Below are positions 17,501-31,604 of a stretch of DNA of 64,000 nucleotides, piece by piece. The position numbers and the translations under genes are program-made. The stretch covers positions 7,944,066 through 8,008,065 of the forward strand of contig NW_002060943.1 of assembly GCF_000150275.1 (NCBI RefSeq). The letters run 5' to 3'. Below the pieces are notes generated by a model. That model was not told where the DNA came from, ran no database searches, and saw only the letters and a list, made by a program, of their open reading frames with translations. Position 1 is the first letter of the stretch; every line of letters starts with the position of its first letter. This stretch comes from Trichoplax adhaerens (lineage: Eukaryota > Animalia > Placozoa).

Positions 17501-19753
17501 TTGGTTTGTTTGATTATCGAACAGATTCGGAGATGAAGGCGTTGAAGGCCTATGTAATGGATTAAAGGGAAATTCGAGCTTGATTAAATTAAGCTTAAAT
17601 TACTGTGGATTGACTCATAAGAGTGGGAAAATTCTATCTAAAGCAATTTCATCCACAGCAATTAGGTAAATACGTATATTTAGTATTCGTAATAACATTT
17701 TCCATAAGATTATCATTAATAAATTCTCTAAAATATTTTAATTCATTTGCGATATTAGAGAGGTTTATCTAGACAGCAATAAGCTAGGACCTGAAGGGGT
17801 TCGAAGCTTAATTGAACCATTCGTTGAGCAGTCGATTATCGAAGTTATCGAAAGGCGGCAAGAAAAGGAAAAAAAAGAAGCAGAAGCTGCTAAACTAGCT
17901 GCAGAAGAAGGGACAAAGCGTCAGCAACAATTAATTAACGAAATGAAGAACGCAAGTAATACAGATAATCAATTTAAATAAATATTTATATAAATATTTA
18001 CATCAATGCTGATATACTGCAGAATGATCAGTACTCTTATGGATCATATGCTGTACAAGTTATTTGTTATATGCTTTATTTATCGCAACTATAGTAAATA
18101 GTAATTGTACTGATATATCTCGTGAAAATCTTTTATATCCAGCGCAAAAAATAATTTACAGCAAAGTAATACTAATCGTAACATCGCCACTATTGGGCTG
18201 CAAAAGTATCAAATTAATAGTGTATCTGCAACTTTATAGTACTGTATGCAGAAATTTTTTATATAAACTGTTATGAGATATCGTGCTCTTTGGTTGGATT
18301 AAACTCTTCAAGTTTTATTTTTAGATTTTAGTAATGAATCGTATCTCGAAGACTAAATAATTACAGTACTTCTTTATTTAATCATAGGTAATCCTCGTAA
18401 AAGCATAACATCAAGGAGTGCACTTTTACCGCTGGCGGCGAGAAAAAAGAAGAAGAAAAGGAAGAAAAAAGTAATTCCGGTACCTCCAGGCGTTGGAGCT
18501 TGGATTAGCAAATTGCACTTTGCAGACAACGGATTAGATCTTAGTCTATACAACGATACCTCTGCCCCTCTTGGAATTATGATGATGCTTAAAAAGTAAA
18601 TTTATAGAATAGATTAATTAATATATGTTAAATCATCTTTCGACTGAGAAAAGCTTAAAATATGTATAAGAAGACCTTATGAATCAAATCAATTAAACAG
18701 GAATTCTATCCTTTATTTTAATAACATTTAGTCCTTACGGTATCATGTAGATCCCCATATAACAAAATCGACAGACCCTAGTCTATCCTGTTATCGTTTA
18801 CTTCTTAAGTATATCTACAAATTCATTCAATAATATTTTTCTTCAATCTACGTTAATCGGAAGCGGCATTTAAGTAATTTAATATCGTAACAATAAGGCA
18901 ATTTTTTCACATTATAATGAGTAATATAAGATAGATGATTGTAAATTAGGACTCTACTATTCATTTACTAGCTATCTTCAAGAAGTTTATTGCTACCGAA
19001 CCTGTTATACATAGTGTGGTAAAAGTATACTCATTGCATGCAAAAGTCAACAGTTTTTTAATAATATTTATATAGTTATAATTCAAACTTATTTAATTAC
19101 GGTAAATTTTTCTATTATTTATTTGTACTAAAATTGAATAACAGTACAGTATTCTTAAAAAGGAATGATCAGATAACATTATTTTCTATCCCCAGCTTAA
19201 AATTATATCATTATATAACTCATGCACGATGAATCTATTATTAGACTATTATATCTTAGAAATTGTTTCGTTGAGAATGGATATTTTTGGTTTACTTAGA
19301 AAATTAATAAATAAAGTTTCATGCTTCGTAAATATTGATCATTTAAACTTTGATTTTCGATATTGGTCGCTAGTTTCATCGCCAATTCAACCTACCTTAC
19401 CGAATTAAATTTGGATGGAAATTTGATTGGTGATCTAGGCGGTTTGGAAATAAGAGATGGACTAGTTATGCGGAAAACAGGTACTTAAGCTAAAACTTAT
19501 ATTCGCAGTGAAACGTAAAATAAATAAACCATCGCAATATACTTATTAAAATAGTGATAATGACTAATTAACGTCAAATTGCGTTCATTTTTCTTGATAT
19601 ATATTCATATGAAATCTTTTATTCTTACAATTAGCACGTCTGCCACAATTAAAAATAACGATCGGTGTAAGAATGCAAGCCGAAACATTAACCAAAATTC
19701 TCAAGCTTTCAGGACGATTAAGTAAGAAAAGGAGACGGGTTAAAAAGAAATAG
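14547..19753 (+). CDS. Uncharacterised ribonuclease-inhibitor-type leucine-rich repeat protein with Lys/Arg-rich tracts (about 9 exons; start uncertain)
   Basis: In-phase GT-AG exons give MISRRKVKKK..., ITTLELEDCDIG, LVNLVLDFNE|FGDEGVEGLCNGLKGNSSLIKLSLNYCGLT, EVYLDSNKLGPEGV, KKKKKRKKK, LTELNLDGNLIGDLGG and ...SKKRRRVKKK* (TAG 19751-19753). An assembly gap lies in the first intron. Confidence 0.8.
15333..15382. other. Assembly gap (50 N)
   Basis: Run of N characters. Confidence 0.99.
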
Positions 19754-21842
19754 CTTGTGCCATCGTTATTAATGATACTGTTTAAATATTGAACTGTACA
19801 TACAACATCCGAATATTTGCATCTTATATTGGCTTTGCTATGAATTCATTGTGTAATTTATTTTATGTTATTTCACAACTATGTTTTGGATACCCTTTTA
19901 AGCTAGCAACATGTCTAGCTATTTAACTGCTACCATTTCAATTATAAATAACTGTTATGATACATTAAAGTATATTTTATGATTAGCCAGGTTATAACTT
20001 GTTTAAATGAAATAATAGCATTTATTTAGGATAATATCAATTCGATATGAAATTATTCTTAATATTAAATTAAGCAATTGAAACAATAATTCTATATGTT
20101 TATTTCTGATAATAAAAAATATATTAGACGTATAATTACGTTAATATAGGTCGTATTCGTTTATAATTATATACGGTATGGTATAAATTATTCAATAAAC
20201 CTTAACCGTATCCATAGATTTGTTTTGGCATAGTTGTCCTAAGACGTCTGACTGTGTATTGTAATATATCTATAAGAGCATGATATTTACGCACTTCTAT
20301 AATAGGATTTACAATCGTATCCTATCAGTATACCTATTACCTCCTTCTGCTAGTGTTTGATATGTTGTGATACATTACAACACCATTGCAATCAAGCATA
20401 TATAACTCTTAATTATTGCAGGTCTTAAATTGATCATAATGCGATGATTATATTTGAGGTACCAAACCAATCCAACTGTTTAGGGCTTTATTATTCTCCA
20501 ACTAAAAAATTAAAATTTTATGCTGTTTAACAGTTACTATGATATCGCAGAGAGTATGCATAATTTTGGTAGAGGCTTAAAATATTATAGAAATAGTCCG
20601 ATGATTATTACACTTATGCTGGTACCATATTTGCGATAATGTAGCAGATTTGTAATTAGTTCGTTTCAAGCCCTTTATTCTTTCTTAAATTAGAAAAACC
20701 GAAGCTTCAGAATGTCATGTACTGGATTGCAATTCCCATAATTATTACATCCAGAATATCGCACATTTACAATAAGGTTTGAAAATTTTTGACTTTACAT
20801 TAATTTCTAGACGATGCCGATAATGATGATCGGAAATTGGCTACCTGTTGATTTTACAGGCTAAAGTTCTAAAAGTCAAAATCTGCTTTAAATAGAAATT
20901 TTACTGCATTATTTTGCATCATCTCTCTGTCTCCTTTCCCCTGTCTATATACATTATATTATCAGAAATACAAAGAAATAAAGATTGTTTTGGTCATTGT
21001 GATGGCATGCAATTGCAGTAAATCCGGGTGAAAGCTTGAATGATTTTATTTTTCCTCTATGTCTAGTTATTATCCTATATCTTCGAATCAATAATTGGAG
21101 GTTTGAGGATATAGCCTATTTAGTATACGACGTCATTGACAAGAAACGAGCAAGAATTTGCCGGTAAGTTTCGAATATAGAACTATTTTTAATATACGAT
21201 TAGTAAGAAGTAGCCATGGCAACTCATAAAAGGCGTGGATAAAGTAATGACGATTTTACCAGTAATATTTTAACTTATTGCTAACCTATCCAATAATGAT
21301 GTTGCCTGGCATATTGTTGAAATATGGTAGGTAAATAGTTAGTCGATATTAAAATTTTCAACTTTTGTTTATTCTAGTGCCTATAATATTTTTATTTCCT
21401 CAAGCGGCTATTTTAGGCGTACATAATTCTATGCCTACTACCAAACCAAGGTGTCGAGTAATACTTCATTACGAGGAGTATAGTCAGCAAGTTTTAGTGA
21501 TCTGTTACTATAGTTACTATAGGTATAGCTTAATAGAGATTGCGTAGGCCTATATAAATTAGATCATCCTACAGTGTAAAAGTAGTCAGTAAGTTACGTC
21601 TTACTGGTTTAGTAACTGTTAGTACAATAAATTATATTTTTTCTGCGTACCTTTACAAGTTAGACTACAATATAACTTTTAACTGAAATAATGTGGATGA
21701 GATTGTTTTCGATAGAGATAGCATAATTTTCAGCAGTTACAAAATTCATTTTCAGTCCTCTCTTGATTGCATATAAAATTTTTTAGATATCCTCCGATAA
21801 ACATCTATATACTACTATAGATAACAGAGGTGTATTTCCATT

Positions 21843-24800
21843 ATGGCAATTTACAAGATTATTTTCCTACAATGGCTTCTATTTATTAGCGTTCATTCCT
21901 TGGATGTCTATTTATCGGCTAATACGACGCATCACTTATATGGTAATGGTTAAATCTGAATAGTAATAGATTACTCAGGAACGATGTTTTATGAGGTTGA
22001 CATATTCTCTAGCAGTGATTTGGATCCGTGTACAACATAAAAAGTTAATTTGTTTAATATTTTTAAGTGAATTATACTAGTGCTATTTAGGCGTTGATAT
22101 AAACTATTTATTAGGTGATATTTATTCCTGTAGCTTATGCTTATGATATAAGGATATCCTTTAATATAACTACACATAGGTGTCAATATTGTAACTGAAT
22201 AGTAATTGTAGCGTAAAGTAAAGGAACGGGGTCAGGATAGATTCCTCTTCTTGTGCGTCATCAATTAGTCCAATTTTAAATACATTAAATACGCTTACGC
22301 TGATTATAGTTATAAAATATTTATCACGCTAAGGCCATTGTAGCGGTCTTCATTATCATTGCATAAAATTATTTTTATTAACTCTGTGTAGGGGTTTCTT
22401 CCTATCTTTTCTATATTAAAGACGACCAGCGGCAGCAGCAAGCAATCAATTTCATTTCTTCCGTCCCTCATCAAATCGATCGATTATCATTTCGTTATCA
22501 TGATCCTGAAAAGGTTAGAATTTAAGTTGTTTACGTGATCTATCACTTACAAGCTTGGCAATCGTTTAAAAATCGAATTACAGAGACACCAATTGGTGCT
22601 TGAATCTCTCACAACCATATATATAGTATATTAAAATAGAGTTTTATAGACAATAATTGTATAATTAGAACAAAAATAAATATCGATTCTAATCGTGATT
22701 ACTTTCCAATAGAGAATCGCTTCAATCAGTTACAGGTAACTCTGGCCTCTCTTCAATTACGCTCATCTATTCTTTTATTATTTTTTGCAGAATATCTCAA
22801 ATCGTATTGAAACGCAAAGTAACGACAGTAGTTTGGTAACAATTTCAGCTGGCGATAGTAATTCCATAGTATGCCATTTCGATAATACTTGCGGTAAGTC
22901 GTAAACAATTTTGATTTTATTTTATTTCATGATTGTATTTGGGATGCGCCATAGTTGTGTCAATTTTTGTTTTGTAGTAACTGCTTGAGAAGTATCATTT
23001 CGGATAAATTGAGTAATTAATATCACGAATGTAGCGCGAAAGATTTAATTAGGTGCTAAAGCCATGTAATTCGATTGATTAGTGAGGAGAAGGAAAATAC
23101 TACAATTCAATACATCTCTATGTGTTGATAAATTAAAATAGAAGAAAGATAATGTTTGATCGATACTCGTAGATATATAAACTCGTTTACTGCTAAAATA
23201 AGACATCTGCAAGCATTAATAGCTCATCTAACGTTATCTGCATTTATTTATTAATTAATTCAATTTATACATATTACATGTTCTCTATCATAGATTTAAC
23301 GGTGGTCATCAGCTGTTCGAAAAAAATCAGTGGTAAAGCTGTTATTTCCATTGATATTAAGTTTAATAGCTACACTACTTTGGCCATACAAAACCTCCAT
23401 TTGATCTTTCTTAAACATTGTCAAGAGCAAGGTTTGAAAATAATGAACGTTATTTTCTTTCTACATATCTTCTCAAAGATGTATTATAACTATTAGTATC
23501 ATTTCTTAACAATATTAAAATATTTACGATGTCGGGTATCTATTTTATATATATATACTGTATCGCATCGCGCTGGATATTTGGAATACTCGCAATCTTT
23601 ATTAAATGGTATACATAAAACAGATCAAAAGAGTCCAATTAGCACTGATGGTAAGCAATTGATGTTATAAATGTAAATGTTGAATTAATAAGTAGCGAAA
23701 TATTTCTATTCGGCTAATTTTTTTGTGTATTCTTGAAAAATTGGCAAATTGCATAATTTTACTCAAATTAATATGTAATCTTTCTCTATTTTTGACTTGT
23801 CTTTTTTCAGTAACATCAACACTATTATTAATCAAGTCTATCTGTTTTTCTTTATTAACTTAGGAGATACAATTACTATCTCGTATCTGGGACTTAATAT
23901 CATTACTGCAGCGGTTGTTACCTTTTTTATCGCTTTACTCTCAATATCAATAACGATCAACGTCCAGAGTGCTATCCGTGATCATAGTTATAGCCATTAC
24001 TCTAGGTTAGTGATATGCTAGTGGTAAATAAATAAATTAGATAAAAATTGTATATGATTCCTGTTACTATTATCCTACTTACGCATGTATATTTTGGCCA
24101 CAGACATGAACAAAGAAATGGTGAGGTAGATCTTCCAAAAGAAGCTTTCATTAAGCGCAAACAATTCGATATAAAAAGTGTCTTGATGACTGGTAACTGC
24201 GAATATCCTTGAATTAAGTTAATCTAATGATATTAGTGATATAAATGAATAATGTTATTAAAAAATATTTACAATTATGTCATTGAATTACTAGGAAAAT
24301 TTAGCGGAGTTTATAACGGCATTCTAAAAATGGATACATGTGAAACAAAACCGATTTTTATAAAAGCCTTGGAAATAACGAAAAGTTAGACCATATCTTT
24401 CTATAGCCGTAACATTAATATTTCGTAGCTATATGGAAATCTATACCGACATTATTAATTAGAGTGTAGCTATGATTTTACAACAAAATTTCGCTATAAT
24501 ATGCGTATGTTAATATAGATACTAATGCCAGCCCTGAGCGAAAGCATGAAAAGAAGTTTTTAGAAGAAGGAGCTAAAACTTACGGGCTGAAAGATAGTAA
24601 TATTCTGGCAATATTAGGAATTTGCGTTGATGATAAACATCATAAGTATTGTCTATATGATGGTAAAAATCTTCGTAATTTGAAAAGCTACTTGCGTGGT
24701 AGGACTAAGGTGAGCGTAGTTATCAGTATGCCACCAATCTTCTCTTGAATAAATGCTATAAGTAGAGTGCCTCATACTACTAACTGTTGCGAAATTGGTA

Positions 24801-26066
24801 AAATTAATTAAATTTATCATGATCACATCCATACTTGATAGAAGAAAATTTTAATTTTACTAATGTTTTAGTAATTTTATATATGTTTACTAGGCTGTAA
24901 CTACACTTAAATTATTGGAAATGGCAGAACAAATCGCGCAAGGTATACGACATTTGGCTATTCGTGGCATTATTCATAAAGACGTGGCAGTCCGAAATTG
25001 CTGGTAGGTAGAAAAGATTATTTCTGTAACTAAGACTAATATTTTCTTGAGCTTATTACAAGGAAATTCATATGTCATGACCCTTTTACAACAAACTGCA
25101 ATATAAATCTATTTCATATATACTTTATTAGGCTGGTCTCAACAACCAATTGCAAAGTAAAACTTGGTGACAAAGCATTAGCAGATTGTTTATTTAGTGA
25201 TGATTATGTCAGTGTTAGCCAAGATAGAATACTTCCTATAAGATGGATGTCTGTGGAATCGTTGACATCGTATAAATTTGACAAGAATAGCGACATGGTA
25301 GTTTGATAGATAGTGTTGATCTTGTAAAAATACCAATCGCTAAGTAGAGACTTAAGATTAAAGCAATTCTTTTTTTTTATAGTGGTCATTTGGTGTTGTA
25401 ATGTGGGAATTGATGACGTTATGCCAAACAACTCCGTATAAGTCTGTTGAAGATAACGATTTATGCACTCATTTAAGAAGTGGATATCGTCTAGAGCGGC
25501 CACCGAATTGTCCTGAAGAGCTGTAAGTACTGTAGATTTGTAAATTATCTTGCTAGAGTCGCAGTGCTATAATATTTCATATCTAGAATACTCCTGCAAG
25601 ATGTCATTTCACTTGTTGCAGATATATAGTTAAATCTAAACGTGATGATGCCTATAATAAAATAGAAATTAGATGTAATTTATGAATAATAAAAGGGGAT
25701 ATACTGTGTGGGATAATCGTCCGTTATATAATCATGTATAAATCAGCTACAAAAGTGTGTTCATTATATTGTCACTAATCGGTTAGAATGATGGTAGCGT
25801 AAAGTAAAATACCTAGAAAGAGTTATATAGCATTTTATAACGTTCCTTTTGTTAATATCAGGCACTGACCATCAAGTAACAGTAGCATGGAATCGTTGTA
25901 TTTATATTAGTGTTAATTCCTTACTAATATCGGGTAATCCACATTTTATATTAGATATAGCATCATGCTTCGTTGTTGGACTACACCGGCAAAGAGAAGG
26001 CCTTCCCTGAGCGCAATTATTGAAGGGATTGAAAAATTGGGTCGACTATTAAAACAATATATTTAA
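21843..26066 (+). CDS. RYK: RYK/Derailed-family Wnt receptor: signal peptide, WIF domain, transmembrane helix, tyrosine pseudokinase (13 coding exons)
   Basis: MAIYKIIFLQWLLFISVHS is followed by LDVYLSANTTHHLYGVSSYLFYIKD...AINFISSVP..LSFRY (WIF start, cf. RYK LSLYLSEDEVRRLIGLDAELYYVRN) and DLTVVISCSKKISG...LKHC. The TM is YLGLNIITAAVVTFFIALLSISI. The kinase has IFIK, IIHKDVAVRNC, VKLGDKALADCLFSDDY, LPIRWMSVESL, DMWSFGVVMWELMTL and GYRLERPPNCPEEL, and the protein ends KQYI*. Confidence 0.9.
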
Positions 26067-27304
26067 GATTTGATGAAAATTTGGGCGTACTTGTGCTGTA
26101 TTTATGTATTGTGATGCGTGCTAATTTTTGGATAATTTTGATAGACTTCAATTCGAGCTAGCACGAGTATTTCCATGAAGTAAGCTAATGTATTATACGC
26201 TTTTTGTATGCACTTAATATAATAAATTCCATTAAATCTCATAGTAGGCGATCGTTTATACTTTATGTCGATAGATTATGAGCTACAGCAATTAGTAATA
26301 GAATAGTTAATAACTCTTACACACACTATCCTCAACCAATACAGTAGATTGATTTCTCCACTTAAATCTGTATTGGGTGATCATTTACTGTTACTTTCAT
26401 CGCATCAAAATACGGGCAGTTGTTATTAGAATCGTTGAAGTTTCCTATCTCTGCTGTGCAATAATAATACACAATAATTTTTTAAGATCTACCAATAGTG
26501 GTCAGGTGTACGTGACAGTCATCAAACAAAAATGTTGGCGAAAGCCGTTCATGGATCTTTTAAATTAAGTCATTCACTAACAAGATAGCTTAATAGGATT
26601 TTTACTTCAATCAAAGATTGTATAACTTTGTTCAGACAGTAAATTTGATTGTAATGGATAAAACAATTTAAGAGTAATAGAAAAACGATACATCGCTAAT
26701 ATTCAAGAAAGTCTGTAACAAGTATAGTATAATTGATATCAACTCATATTTGAAGCCTGAAATACAGTAGCTTGTTCAAACTATGAGCGTAGTAATGTAA
26801 AATAATAACAAAAAGTTTACGTTTTGCGGTTGAATTATACGTAAACAGGAGACTAACGATATATACAGTTGCACCTTGGCGTGAAACATTATTAAATCAC
26901 TTACATATATTTTTGTTGCAGAAATAAAAGTATACGTATGTATTTATATATATAGTACAAAACGAAAACTGACAGTACCTAAGTTAATGATATTACTCTA
27001 CGAAGAATTCTTGCTAATGCATTAACAAGTATAAGTGGCATAAACGATCAGAACTCAGATTATTATCAGTATCTACTTTCTATAGAAATAGATAATAGCT
27101 CTATTTGCACTAATAAAATCGGCGCGATGTGAAAATAGATATTTAGAATATACCCATTAGAGAAATTATAATCTTTCCATGATTGCTATGCTATAATTAA
27201 TAAGGACTGAATTGAGATCGATATCAGGTACCAAGTATATTTATGTCACCAAAGGTATAATAACTATTAGTTAGAATATGTGATGACCAATTTCGTAATC
27301 AATT

Positions 27305-30300
27305 TTACATTTTCTTAAAGAAGCTCGTCAAGGATGACTGCTTGCTTGATTTGTTAGATTTCTTGGTGGTTTGACGAGCAGCAGGGAGTGGTTTGACAGT
27401 GTTTGTTTCTTTTCGTTCAGTTGTTTTACTTTCTGGCTCATCATCTGATTCTGATTGGCTTTCCCATACTTTTTCAGTGACTGAAATCGAATTGTGGTAC
27501 ATAAAAGATAAAAAAATTAGGTATAGATCCTTAAAAGCTTATTGCTCACGAATATCGTTACAATGCATGCTTATTACCCATGAATCCATCCGCACTCATG
27601 TAAACCTTGGATGTAAGCACTTTTCTCCTCTTTCTTCTAGGTTTCGCAACTTCCGTAGATTCTGATGAGCGTAGACTAGAATCTATATCCAATATATACC
27701 AATATCATAAACGTGCTATTAATATACTGCAGATCACTTAAAAAATGTAGATCTATAAAATGATTTACCGTCTTCCTGATCTTTATCTGAGTTGACTTTC
27801 TTTTCTTCTTCCTAAAAACAGTTTTAATTTAGCACAAATTTAGTAGTAACAGCTATCAGGAATTAGAATTTTGATCGCATTAAAAACTTTACCTCTTGAA
27901 GTGCATCAGCCTCTTCCACTATCAATTTTCTGAAATATTCATGGTACGGTTAATTGGATAGTGAATTGTAATGTTGCAGGAATGTATAAGAATTTATAGT
28001 TACCTTTTTTGAGGTGATTCTTGAGATTGCTTTAAAGGGGACTTTTGGGGCGACTTTTGAGGTGAACGTTGACGGGATGCTACAGGGTGTTTAATCTTAA
28101 GTTGCTGTTTTTCGTCACGGCCTTTAGACTTTTTACTCTCGTGCTTTTTATTTCTTTCCTTGATCTCCGATTTAATCTCTGAATTACTTGCAGGGTGTTC
28201 AGTTTTTGTTATTACATCATCAAGTTTCTTACTCCCCTTTTTAACTACTTTTTCATCAGCTTTTTCTTTGGGGACTCCTTTCAATTAAGAATAATTTGTT
28301 GATTACCGTAGCAAAAATATTTTTAAATTATATTTTCATATTAGCATCCTTTTACCTGGAAGACTATCTACATTCGGCTTATTATCATCATTAATTTCTT
28401 TCTTGACGCTTTTCTGGGATACAGATAGAAAAACATAAGTGATGCGTGAATACCAAACAATAGCGTAATAAACATAAAATGGAATAATTTCTTACAATCA
28501 GTGACCTACATTTTCTGTGTTAGCTTTAGCTGCATCAGACCAAAAGCCCGCTAAAGTTTTCTTATCGCTACCAGTTTTATGACTTGACTTCTAAATTTTA
28601 AGAAATATGATCAATACTTTTTACCTACATTTTCAGAAGGTAGTGCCACATTACCACCATTTAAAAATACGTTTATTCTGAATAGTTAAATTTTCACACA
28701 GGGTATGTAGTAGTTATATATGTTTAGAAAAAATTTGCTTACATTGTTGCTCAAAGAGGTTTGACTAGGCTTTTTAGGAGAAACTGATTAAAATTAAGAA
28801 AAATTTGTATACCTTGGTCAATTAACAAGTGCTAAGAAACGTTTTGTTATATTATTTTACGTTCCTTTATAAGCGCTAATAATACGTGCTTAAAGGAGCA
28901 ATACTTGAATTAATACGTCAAGGGGAGAAAATACAGTATCAGAACGCATACCAGTTGTTGTTCTATCAGTGGAGACGACAGATGGTTTCTTGTCAATTTT
29001 ACGAAATTTTACTTGTTCACATATAATATTGGAATTGCTATAAGATAGAGAGAATATGTATCGTTTTAGAGTATAAATCCTTTAATTCAATAAACCACAA
29101 TACTGTAATTATAAGGTGAATCTATGATTTATATACAGTATTTCAATGATGAGGTATAGTCATATAGTCAATATTACAGACCACATTAAAATATCGTTGC
29201 TACTGTCTTTAAATGCTTCATAGTCAGCTAGGTATAAAGTTTCAATATCCTGAAATTGTAAAATTGGAATATGAGAGATTCTTTAACAGAAATATATATC
29301 CAATTTTTACATTACAGTATTAAAGTTACAATGTTTATTTTAATAAGAAATTTTAAGTTGATGATTACTTTTAAAACGGAATTTTGAACACTGTAAATCT
29401 CAGTTGAATTTATGGAAGCGAAAGAACCTTTACACTCTATAAATTAGAATCAAAATAAATGCAATATTAAATATCCCGTTTATAGCCAACTTAGAATATC
29501 AAGATTAACCGAGAAAACTGATCAAATAGACGTTCTATGGCTAGCACTACCAGTGATATACCGTGTGACAGCTAGTACTGTGTATTAGCTATAATAATAT
29601 AGGGTAATAGTACTGTACAATGATGGCATTTTAACTTACCTTCTAATTTATTTTCAGTTACTAAAATAACTTTATAGCCCTAAGATTAAAATGATAAATA
29701 ACTTTTAGGTCATGGTGCGGAGTGCAGTAAGTATGATATTGAATTTTCTTGCTTAATAACTTATTACGAACTACATTAGCAATGCTAACGAACAGTGTCA
29801 TAGTTGTAATGGAAACATGGAAGTAAATCTTTACACAGTAAACACTAATGGAAATGGATTATTTCGGTTTATCTTTTCATCCTTTTTATCAATAGAGGTT
29901 CTTACGTTTAATCAATTATAATTAATAAATGATTGATTGTATGAGAAGGCTAATACTAACTTTATTATCTTTTAATTCTCCAGTAATAAAATAAATGACA
30001 TGGATATGATTATCTTGGGATGATCTTTCCTTTTCAACATATTGACGTAAAATCCTACAAGTAAATATTAATTGTATATTGAACGTCATCCTTTTAGTTT
30101 ATACGTTATATTTTAAGGTATAGCTTAAAATTTTATAAACACGAGGTATTTTTATGTCATTTCCTGGTTCATAAAGTTTATTAGAATGGCATATAATAGA
30201 GGAAATAATGTTGATATCACATTTATGAGCTCTTCACAGTATGAGTATTAAAAGGTGAATATGTTGAAAATCGGGCAGATTTGATAGTAACTGATTATTT

Positions 30301-31041
30301 ACCGCTTAAGGAATTCGACACTACGTGTTTTAAATTATTGTAAATTATGATTTACTATCCAATAGATTCTCAGGGATAAGAGAAGATGTGGAAAATTGTG
30401 TATGTAACTGTAAGTAGTAACAGATTGCTTGTTGCCTAAAGTTTCATGCCAAGTATTTTCGATGCTAATCTAAGTTACAACACGATATGCTATTCATGAT
30501 GAAGGTCATAAAGTAATCAATGTGGCTGTAGAAAATGACGTTAGAAATTGTGTAGATTAGTTCTCTAAGCCATCGTAAGTATGATACGATATACTATAGA
30601 GTATTAGAGATACAGAATATTCAATCTGGTTGTAGAAAATGTACCAAGACATTGATTGAATATTCCAATAACTGGACAGAAAAAGATACATAGTATAGAT
30701 TGTTATTCATTATTGGTAAGAAGATACAGTCGTGTCCATGCCAACTGTCATCTCAACTTACTCTTTGGCTTTACGACAATCTAGCGACAATTGCTGACTT
30801 AACCATTTATACGTCACCTAATATTGAACAAATTAAAGCAATTCATGAATAAATGGAATGGAATATGGAATATTTTAGCAATATTATGGACATGTATGTC
30901 ATTGTAGCTATGCAATGGAATAAAATCAACGACAAACAATAATGAACAAGAAGGAAAGTCAATTCTAGCTGGAATTACAATTCGTCCTTCATCTTTAACA
31001 AATTGATCGATGTTATCGAGTAAAGCTGGATCAACACCCAT
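27305..31041 (-). CDS. POLD3: DNA polymerase delta subunit 3 (p66/Cdc27), multi-exon
   Basis: The N-terminus MGVDPALLDNIDQFVKDEGRI|VTYKWLSQQLSLDCRKAKE|ILRQY...YFITG...YKVILV...EIYSVQ is the conserved Cdc27 N-domain. A Lys-rich middle follows, and the protein ends in a PCNA-binding PIP box KQSSLTSFFKKM*. Confidence 0.92.
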
Positions 31042-31368
31042 GGTATTCAACTGTCTTATGAATTAAGAATTTCTCCCTCAAGCTGTTGATCTCTCTACTT
31101 GATATCTGTAGTGATTTCGATGATAGAAAGGGCAAAATGACCAGATTAAACTTGGAGAAAATGAGCTGCAATTGCTGCAGATTGATTGGAAGTGATCAAC
31201 TTTTCGACGTACTATATCTTCATACTGTACTGGAGCAGTAGAATAGCTGGTGAAGAATTTTTATGGCCGTGTAGTACTGTATCAGAGTGGTCCCTGACCT
31301 TTGTATACAATGTTACACACGGTGATTTCGCGGGCTAATTTTGAGGTAGCTTTAGGCTAGGCCAAGAA

Positions 31369-31592
31369 CGGTACGGTACTAGTACGGTACTAGTACAGTG
31401 CAGTACTAGTACAGTGCAGTACTGTACGAGGAAATTCTTGCCACAGTACTTTACTGTACCGTACAGTACATTGTACAGTACAGTGTGCGAGTGTGTACTG
31501 TACCGTACAGTAGCGCTTGCAAGCTTGCGCGTGCGCAATGTACAGTACAGTACATTTACCTGAGTTTCGTACAATATGCACAGTACAGTACG
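31369..31592. repeat. (GTACN)n-like, self-complementary low-complexity tract
   Basis: Dense GTACA/GTACT/GTACG/GTGCA units, e.g. GGTACGGTACTAGTACGGTACTAGTACAGTGCAGTACTAGTACAGTGCAGTACTGTAC. Confidence 0.85.
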
Positions 31593-31604
31593 GTGAAAAT
31601 GATA

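Noticed and set aside
20694-21163. Exon-like segments between the LRR gene and RYK
   Set aside because: No coherent or recognisable ORF; more likely RYK 5'-UTR or promoter sequence.
25204-25503. Antisense ORFs (also 27393-27665, 32673-32975, 44232-44417, 47124-47312)
   Set aside because: Shadows of real exons on the opposite strand.
31335-31581. Two overlapping ORFs rich in Y/C/T/V
   Set aside because: Translation artefacts of the GTACN repeat; they resemble no protein.
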